From Acidimicrobiia bacterium UBA4744 (GTDB lineage: Bacteria; Actinomycetota; Acidimicrobiia; Spongiisociales; UBA4744): a stretch of 64,000 nucleotides of DNA. The DNA lies in assembly GCA_002403855.1 (NCBI GenBank), contig DHIO01000022.1, forward strand, positions 38 through 64,037. The letters run 5' to 3'. The notes beneath the pieces are model-generated. The model was not told the DNA's origin. It did no database searches and saw nothing but the letters and a program-made list of their open reading frames with translations. Below, piece by piece: positions 58,221 to 64,000 of the stretch (within the stretch, counting starts at the first letter, position 1; each line of letters starts with the position of its first letter). The translations under genes were made by a program, and so were the position numbers.

Positions 58221-58829
58221 ATGACACGAACCGCCGACCTCGAGAATCCCCCTTCACCCAACGGTAAAGAAGTGTTGACCCCATCCAGCCGTGCCGATTG
58301 GCGCAGTTGGCTTGCTTCGAACCCCGACCGGCAAGAAGGTCTGTGGATCGTCTACCGCAAGAAGTCGAGCAGCCTCGCTGGTCCGGCATACGACGACCTG
58401 GTCGAAGAAGCACTGTGCTTCGGGTGGATCGACAGTCAATCCCGGCGGGTCGACGACGACCGCATGATGCAATGGTTCTCCCCCCGCCGAAAGGGCGGGT
58501 TGTGGTCGGCGCTCAACAAGGACCGGATCGAGCGGCTGGTACGTGAAGGCCTCATGACCGAGGTCGGCCAGGCGGTGATCGACGCGGCGAAGGCCGACGG
58601 CTCGTGGTCCCAGACCGACGAGGTCGACGCCCTCGTCGTCCCCCCCGACCTGCAAACCGCCCTCGATGCCGCGGCCGAGGCAAAGGTCGCCTATCAAGCT
58701 CTGCCCGACTCGGCCAAGAAGCAGTACCTGTGGTGGATCTACACCGCCAAACGGCCGGCTACCCGGGCCGGCCGAATCGAAGAAACCATCCGCAAGCTCT
58801 CATCGGGGGAAACCCTCGGATCCATATAG
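58221..58829 (+). CDS. YdeI/OmpD-associated family protein (DUF1801-like)
   Basis: WRSWLASNPDRQEGLWIVYRKK, then WFSPRRKGGLWSALNK and a C-terminal YLWWIYTAKRPATRAGRIEETI are typical of the YdeI/bacteriocin-protection family. Confidence 0.65.
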   Translation: MTRTADLENPPSPNGKEVLTPSSRADWRSWLASNPDRQEGLWIVYRKKSSSLAGPAYDDLVEEALCFGWIDSQSRRVDDDRMMQWFSPRRKGGLWSALNKDRIERLVREGLMTEVGQAVIDAAKADGSWSQTDEVDALVVPPDLQTALDAAAEAKVAYQALPDSAKKQYLWWIYTAKRPATRAGRIEETIRKLSSGETLGSI

Positions 58830-58926
58830 GCCCGCTTGTAATCGACGTTGCCATCGGCTCTACTTGGGGAGACCCCGGACGCCGGTCTTGAGGCGATGGA
58901 CATTGATTGAACCTCGGAGGGTTTTT

Positions 58927-60339
58927 GTGAGCCAGAACGATGCGGGAATAGCGGCCTACATCTCCGAACTGATGGGGCGAGCGCGTAAGGCGCAAAAAGT
59001 AGCGGAAGGGTTCTCACAGGAGAAAGTGGATGAGCTCGCCGCGGCAATCACCTGGGAAATCGCTGCGAATGATGAGCTTCTAAGGGAGATAGCCGAATTC
59101 TCATTCGAGGAATGCCGGTTGGGTGATGTCGCCTCCAAAATCGCCAAGGTCGCCGGCAAATGCCGGGGAATATTCTATGACGTCAAGAACGCCAAGAGCG
59201 TAGGGGTAGTCGAGGAGATCCCTGAACGGGGGCTTGTACGCATTGCGAAGCCCGTTGGTGTCATCGGCTCGCTGGTACCCAGCACGCAGGGAGAATTCCA
59301 TCCGTTGACTCAGGCCATATTCGTGGTGAAAGCCCGGGACGCAGTCATATTCTCACCCCATCCCAGGAGCAAGCTCACAACCCTGAAAGTGACGAACCTC
59401 CTTCGGGCCGTAATGAAGAAGTATGACGCTCCAGAGGATCTGTTCATCACAATCGAGGATCCGTCGATTCCGAAGACCAATGAGCTCATGAGGCAATGTG
59501 ATCTGGTCATTGCCACCGGCGGGCAGCCCATGGTTCGCGCCGCCCACAGCTCAGGAACCCCGGCATTTGGTGTCGGAGCGGGAAACGCCATCATCATCAT
59601 CGACAAGACCGCCGACCTTGCTGATGCGGCAACCAAGATCAAAGCCAGCAAGACATTCGACCTTGCCGCAGGATGCTCCTGTGACAACGCTGTCGTAATT
59701 GATAGGTCGGTATACGCCGAGATGCTGACCGAATTCCGCAAGGTCGGCGCTCATCTGCTCAATGCGGATGAGAAGGAGAAGCTGAAGAAGACAATCTGGC
59801 CTGAATGGCCTGACAACCACATCATCAACAGGCATGTCGTGGCGTCACCAGTGAGCAATATCGCCGAGCTGGCCGGCCTCGATGTCCCCGAGGGAACCTG
59901 CCTGTTGCTGGTAGAAGAGGACAAGACCGGGGAAGCATCTCCCTTCAGCGGTGAGAAGATGAGTCTTGTCACAACTGTCTACAAGAGCAGCAGCATTGAC
60001 GAGGCAATCCGCATCACCAATGAGAACCACGCATACTCAGGTAGTGGACATTCTTGCGGAATCTTCTCTGCGACACCCGAGAACGTGGAGAAGCTGGCTT
60101 TGGAAACCTATACGACTCGTGTGGTCGTCAACCAGCCTCAGGCCGCAACCAATGGCGGCAGCTGGGTCAGCGGAATGCCGTTTACCCACTCTCTGGGCTG
60201 TGGAACGTGGGGCGGCAATGGCATATCGGAGAACGTTGCGCTCAAGCACTACATGAACAACACCTGGGTCATCCGCGAGATCCCCAGCTTCCAACCTACC
60301 GACGAGGAACTGTTTTCCGGCTTCACGCCTCGCGGATGA
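58927..60339 (+). CDS. CoA-acylating aldehyde dehydrogenase (EutE/PduP/SauS-like subfamily of the ALDH superfamily)
   Basis: GTG 58927 with GGAGGG 5 nt upstream. 470 aa with catalytic Cys region LAAGCSCDNAVV. It lacks the hydrolytic-ALDH Glu motif and has a CoA-type organisation (VGVIGSLVPSTQGEF, ATGGQPMVRAAHSSGTPAFGVGAGN). GC is markedly lower than the flanks. Confidence 0.75.
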   Translation: MSQNDAGIAAYISELMGRARKAQKVAEGFSQEKVDELAAAITWEIAANDELLREIAEFSFEECRLGDVASKIAKVAGKCRGIFYDVKNAKSVGVVEEIPERGLVRIAKPVGVIGSLVPSTQGEFHPLTQAIFVVKARDAVIFSPHPRSKLTTLKVTNLLRAVMKKYDAPEDLFITIEDPSIPKTNELMRQCDLVIATGGQPMVRAAHSSGTPAFGVGAGNAIIIIDKTADLADAATKIKASKTFDLAAGCSCDNAVVIDRSVYAEMLTEFRKVGAHLLNADEKEKLKKTIWPEWPDNHIINRHVVASPVSNIAELAGLDVPEGTCLLLVEEDKTGEASPFSGEKMSLVTTVYKSSSIDEAIRITNENHAYSGSGHSCGIFSATPENVEKLALETYTTRVVVNQPQAATNGGSWVSGMPFTHSLGCGTWGGNGISENVALKHYMNNTWVIREIPSFQPTDEELFSGFTPRG

Positions 60340-60376
60340 CTCAGACCGGTATCTGGACGCGGACCTTGGACGAAGA

Positions 60377-61855
60377 ATGGGAGACAGCAGTCTGAAGAAC
60401 CGCATTTCAACTGCCGAGCAGGCGGCGGCCTCAATACGGGACGGTATGACGGTTGCCATGAGCGGATACGCCATGGCGGGCTATCCCAAAGCTGTTGTCG
60501 AGGCTCTTGTCCAACGCAAACAGAGCGGTGAGGACCTGTCGTTCGGATTGATTACCGGCGCCAATGTGCCATGGCTGGACGAAACGCTCGGATCGGCGAA
60601 ACTCGTAACCCGGCGGGCCCCCATGGTGGCCAGCCGCACCCTCGCCGCGCAAGCCAACGATGGTTCTCTGCGCTACGTCGAGCAGCAGATGAGCAAGATG
60701 CCCCGGCTGCTAAGAGACGGCAGTTTCGGAGACATCGATATCGCCGTGGTCGAAGCGCTGGGATTCGACGAAAACGGCGATCTCATACCCAGCAGTTCGG
60801 TCGGGATGACGCATTATCTGATGGACGCGGCGGATGAGATCATTGTCGAGATCAATGCCGCTCAGCCGGAGGTGCTCCGAGATCTGCATGACATATACAT
60901 CCCGGCAGCAGCGCCCGATACGGAGCCGATCCCGCTGGTCCGCACCGATCAGCGAATCGGTGAGTCGGGAATCCAGGTTGACCCGAAGAAGATCCGATAC
61001 ATCGTCGAGACCGATATCCCGGAACGACTGGGACCCCAGCCAGCAGGCACAGCGGTGACAAAGTACATCGCCGACCATCTGTTCAACTTCCTCGAGTTGG
61101 AGGTACGAAAGACCGGTGGGCATCTTCCGCCGATTCAGACCGGCTTCGGCGGTATCGCCGATTCCATTGCCGAGGGGTTCCAGCAATCCGGTTTCCGCAA
61201 CCTCCAGTTCTTCTGCGGAGGCATTACCGAGCCTGTGTTAGAACTCCTTGTTTCCGAAAAAGCAACAGCTCTATCAACGGGTGGATTGGGCATGAGCGAG
61301 AGGGTGGAGCAGATTCTGAACGACACTCCGAATTTGCGCGACCACCTGGTAATCCGCAACGGTGACATATCCAACAGTGCCGAAGTGATCGGCCGGTTGG
61401 GGCTGGTGGCATTGAATACCGGTATTGAGATTGACCTCTACGGCAATGTGAACTCCAGCCATGTCGCCGGGAGCCGGGTTGTGAACGGTATTGGAGGCGG
61501 AGCGAGTTTCGCCCAGAACGCCGGCCTGTCCGTGATTCTCCTACCTTCCACGGCCAAAGGCGGAGCCATTTCGAACATCGTCCCCATGGTGTCCCACCAG
61601 GACATCGGTGAACATGATGTCGATGTGGTCGTGACCGAGCACGGCGTCGCCGACCTACGCGGGCTGGATGACGGAGAACGGGCGGACGCCATCCTCACGC
61701 ACTGCGCATCTGAGGCCTATAGGGGGCAATTGACGGCCTACCTGCGGACTGCACGCCGGCAATGCGGCGGACATCATCCCCAGCTACCCGAAGCGGCGTT
61801 CGGATGGTATCGACGGCTCAAGGAGGAAGGGACCATGCTGGAGAAGGGATCATGA
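60377..61855 (+). CDS. Acetyl-CoA hydrolase/transferase family CoA-transferase (Cat1/ScpC/4-hydroxybutyrate CoA-transferase-like)
   Basis: 492 aa. N-terminal ISTAEQAAASIRDGMTVAMSGYAMAGYP (AcetylCoA_hydro N) and C-terminal VNSSHVAGSRVVNGIGGGASFAQNAG...VVTEHGVADLRG (AcetylCoA_hyd_C) are present. Confidence 0.85.
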   Translation: MGDSSLKNRISTAEQAAASIRDGMTVAMSGYAMAGYPKAVVEALVQRKQSGEDLSFGLITGANVPWLDETLGSAKLVTRRAPMVASRTLAAQANDGSLRYVEQQMSKMPRLLRDGSFGDIDIAVVEALGFDENGDLIPSSSVGMTHYLMDAADEIIVEINAAQPEVLRDLHDIYIPAAAPDTEPIPLVRTDQRIGESGIQVDPKKIRYIVETDIPERLGPQPAGTAVTKYIADHLFNFLELEVRKTGGHLPPIQTGFGGIADSIAEGFQQSGFRNLQFFCGGITEPVLELLVSEKATALSTGGLGMSERVEQILNDTPNLRDHLVIRNGDISNSAEVIGRLGLVALNTGIEIDLYGNVNSSHVAGSRVVNGIGGGASFAQNAGLSVILLPSTAKGGAISNIVPMVSHQDIGEHDVDVVVTEHGVADLRGLDDGERADAILTHCASEAYRGQLTAYLRTARRQCGGHHPQLPEAAFGWYRRLKEEGTMLEKGS

Positions 61856-62742
61856 AGAAGATCGAACTGTATGAAGTCGGGCCTCGCGACGGTTTTCAGA
61901 TGGTGGATGAATACATACCGTTGGACACGAAGGTTCGCATTGTTGAAGGGCTTCTAGATACCGGATTGAGCCATCTGCAAATAACCTCCTTCGTCAGTCC
62001 GAAGGCAATCCCCCAAATGAGGGATGCCCGGGAATTGGCTTCGATCTGCGTCGGCAAGTATCCGGATGCCGATCTCTTCGCACTGGTTCCGAATCTGCGC
62101 GGTGCCGAAGCGGCCTGGGAATCCGGTATCAAATCGGTGTCCTATGTCGTTTCGCTGAGCGAGAGCCACAACCGGGCCAATATCAGAAGGACACATGAAG
62201 AATCCTTGGCCGGACTGCAGGCGATTCTGGATTCCTATCCAGAGATGGATGTCTGTCTGGATCTGTCCACCACATTCGGCTGCCCGTTTGAGGGAATGAA
62301 GGACAAAGACGACGTTGTGCCGTTTCTGAAGCCCTATGTCGACAGCGGAATACGGACCGTCAATCTCTGCGACACAATCGGAATCGCAAACCCTGCTCAG
62401 GTTCGCCGAATCATCGATGCCGTCTGGGACGAGTACCCGTCGCTGGATCTGCAGGTTCATATTCACGACACCCGCAACATGGGAATGGTCAATACGCTGG
62501 CTGCCATCGAGTGTGGTGTCGGCAAAGTGCAATCGACCCTGGGCGGCCTGGGTGGCTGTCCCTTTGCACCCGGAGCATCCGGAAACCTGGCTACCGAAGA
62601 CCTGGCGTTCATGCTGTCTGAAATGGGATACGAGCTTGGCGTCGATATCCCGAAGATGATCGAACTCGCCAAGTACCAGGCCTCAGCAATACCGACCGGA
62701 CAGTTCAGCGGGCATCAAATCAGAATCCCGGACACCAACTAG
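61852..62742 (+). CDS. HMG-CoA-lyase-like (DRE-TIM metallolyase) protein
   Basis: ATG 61852 overlaps the upstream TGA (ATGA). IELYEVGPRDGFQ (substrate/metal Arg-Asp), HIHDTRNMGMVNTLAAIECG (His-x-His metal site) and GLGGCPFAPGASGNLATEDL (catalytic Cys loop) match HMGL. Confidence 0.85.
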   Translation: MKKIELYEVGPRDGFQMVDEYIPLDTKVRIVEGLLDTGLSHLQITSFVSPKAIPQMRDARELASICVGKYPDADLFALVPNLRGAEAAWESGIKSVSYVVSLSESHNRANIRRTHEESLAGLQAILDSYPEMDVCLDLSTTFGCPFEGMKDKDDVVPFLKPYVDSGIRTVNLCDTIGIANPAQVRRIIDAVWDEYPSLDLQVHIHDTRNMGMVNTLAAIECGVGKVQSTLGGLGGCPFAPGASGNLATEDLAFMLSEMGYELGVDIPKMIELAKYQASAIPTGQFSGHQIRIPDTN

Positions 62743-62846
62743 CGGCACGCAGAAAACCGCGCACCTCGGCGTTCTCGCCCGACGGCTTGGTGTCCGCTCG
62801 GAAGGGTACGAGGAACACCTTTCTCGACGGCTGGTAGCCTCGCCGG

Positions 62847-63350
62847 ATGAACCGGCCATCGCGTGATCGACCCGAAATGCCCGACGGCTACGGGGTTCCC
62901 CAAACCGAGAAGGGCGTTCTCGAATGGTCCGTTGTTGAAGATCGACTGAGATCGGCCGTTCACTACTGGATGGCGACAACCCGACCCGATGGGAGACCCC
63001 ACGTGGTTCCTCGTTGGGGTGTGTGGATGGACGGGCGGTTTTGGTACGACGGTGCCGTCGACACGATCCACGTGCAGAACCTGAATGAGAACTCTGCTTG
63101 CGTTCTCCATCTCGAAGATGGCCGCCAAGCTGTGATGGTCGAGGGCCGATCTGAGGCTACGGCCCCTCCTGGGTTGGAACTCGGGGGCCGGTTGGCAGCT
63201 GAGATTTCAGCCAAGTACGGGAAGCTCGGCTACTCGCCGGAGCCAGACGCATGGGAGGGACCCGACGCCGGAGGTCTTAGAGTGTTCACTGCTGTCAAGG
63301 CGATGGCCTGGTTCGAGTTTCCAACCGATGTGACCCGCTTCCGGTTCTGA
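62847..63350 (+). CDS. Pyridoxamine 5'-phosphate oxidase-family (PPOX class / split-barrel, possibly F420-dependent) protein
   Basis: 167 aa with WMATTRPDGRPHVVPRWGVWMDGRFWY and ACVLHLEDGRQAVMVEGR, typical of the PNPOx-like split-barrel. Confidence 0.65.
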   Translation: MNRPSRDRPEMPDGYGVPQTEKGVLEWSVVEDRLRSAVHYWMATTRPDGRPHVVPRWGVWMDGRFWYDGAVDTIHVQNLNENSACVLHLEDGRQAVMVEGRSEATAPPGLELGGRLAAEISAKYGKLGYSPEPDAWEGPDAGGLRVFTAVKAMAWFEFPTDVTRFRF

Positions 63351-63500
63351 GCGAGCCGAGACACTCGGAGCGCCCGTAGCCGCCAGTCCCGAACGGCCCG
63401 TCGCCACGACCGCTCCCACCGCGAGTCACCGGGACCTGCCGTCTGGCGGCAACCCGGGCGCGGTGGAAGTGGCTCACGACAAGAAGGACGGAGAGGCGTG

Positions 63501-64000
63501 ATGCGTGGAGTGATCTTGGTGGCGTATGGCACCAAATCCGGTTCAACCGGCGAGGTCGCCGAGGCAGTGGGGCAAGCCCTCAGAGCAAGTTGTTCGACGG
63601 TGGACGTGTGCCCGGTGGGAGATGTGTTCGAGGTTGGCTCATACGACGCCGTGATCGTGGGCAGCCCGGTCCTCTACGGCAAACCGCACCCAGCGGTCGC
63701 CAAGTTCCTGGCGAGGAACCAAGAAGCCTTGCAGCGAAGGCCGGTAGCTGCCTTCCTTACCTGTCTCGAACTGACGCAGACCGTCGACGAGAACGAGCCA
63801 GGCATCTCAACATATGTCGATCCGTCGCTGGGAAGGCCACCCGCGAACGAGGAGGGGTTGAGCTATTTCGAGAAGACCCACCTCATGTCGGGATTTCTCA
63901 ATGCGCTGCTCAAGAGCGCGCCGCAGGTGAAGCCGGTCAGCGTGGCAGTCTTCAGAGGGAAGCTGGACTACGACAAGCTCGACTGGATCAGTTGGCTGGT
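63501..64000 (+). CDS. Flavodoxin-like fold protein (HemG/flavodoxin-domain family), 3' end beyond window
   Basis: ATG 63501 with AAGGACGGAGAGG upstream. MRGVILVAYGTKSGSTGEVAEAV is the flavodoxin FMN-phosphate loop pattern, and DAVIVGSPVLYGK the second loop. There is no stop before the window end. Confidence 0.6.
   Translation, partial: MRGVILVAYGTKSGSTGEVAEAVGQALRASCSTVDVCPVGDVFEVGSYDAVIVGSPVLYGKPHPAVAKFLARNQEALQRRPVAAFLTCLELTQTVDENEPGISTYVDPSLGRPPANEEGLSYFEKTHLMSGFLNALLKSAPQVKPVSVAVFRGKLDYDKLDWISWL

Noticed and set aside
1-64000. Search for CRISPR arrays, IS elements, integrases, tRNA/rRNA and classical defence or toxin-antitoxin modules
   Set aside because: No regularly spaced short direct repeats were seen. 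No transposase, recombinase or tRNA-like sequences were recognised by eye. The only repeats are the coding PD40 units, the duplicated zinc-ribbon gene and the GC-rich hairpins. tRNA absence is not certain without a dedicated scan such as tRNAscan-SE.

Overview
This is a high-GC (about 68-70% by eye) chromosomal segment, most likely from an actinobacterium. I count about 60 protein-coding genes on both strands, with many GTG/TTG starts, several ATGA/GTGA overlaps and AGGAGG-like ribosome-binding sites. I recognised no rRNA, tRNA, CRISPR array, transposase, integrase or classical defence/toxin genes.

The content is a patchwork of small units:
- Signalling: a two-component pair at the 5' edge, a GGDEF cyclase, an orphan sensor kinase, and a 1010-aa class III adenylate cyclase fused to a STAND NTPase and TPR repeats.
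- Membrane and lipoproteins: many hypothetical proteins, including two DUF389 paralogs and three DUF2807/GIN-like lipoproteins.
- Metabolic genes: guanine deaminase, LLM oxidoreductase, O-methyltransferase, HAD hydrolase, squalene/phytoene synthase-like, class III aminotransferase, a DNPH1/Rcl-like deoxynucleotide N-hydrolase, an AAC(2')-like GNAT, and transporters (DMT, two MFS).
- A probable nicotinamide-riboside salvage operon (NadR-like kinase, PnuC, NrtR-like regulator).

The most unusual observations are:
1. A decayed reductive pyrimidine/hydantoin catabolism cluster: an intact aminotransferase flanked by stubs of dihydropyrimidinase, a CN hydrolase that has lost its catalytic Cys, and a 4Fe-4S motif.
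2. Further gene stubs elsewhere: an ALDH C-terminal fragment and a truncated serine hydrolase.
3. Two roughly 280-bp paralogous copies of a 62-aa zinc-ribbon gene, 16.7 kb apart in direct orientation.
4. A sharp drop in GC (to about 50-58%) from 58.9 kb to the window end, containing an acylating-ALDH / CoA-transferase / HMG-CoA-lyase-like operon of unknown substrate.
5. A lipoprotein with NTF2-like repeats and a C-terminal HExxH motif.

All calls come from reading the translations. No database searches were run. Coordinates that I derived myself, rather than took from the ORF track, may be off by a few nucleotides.
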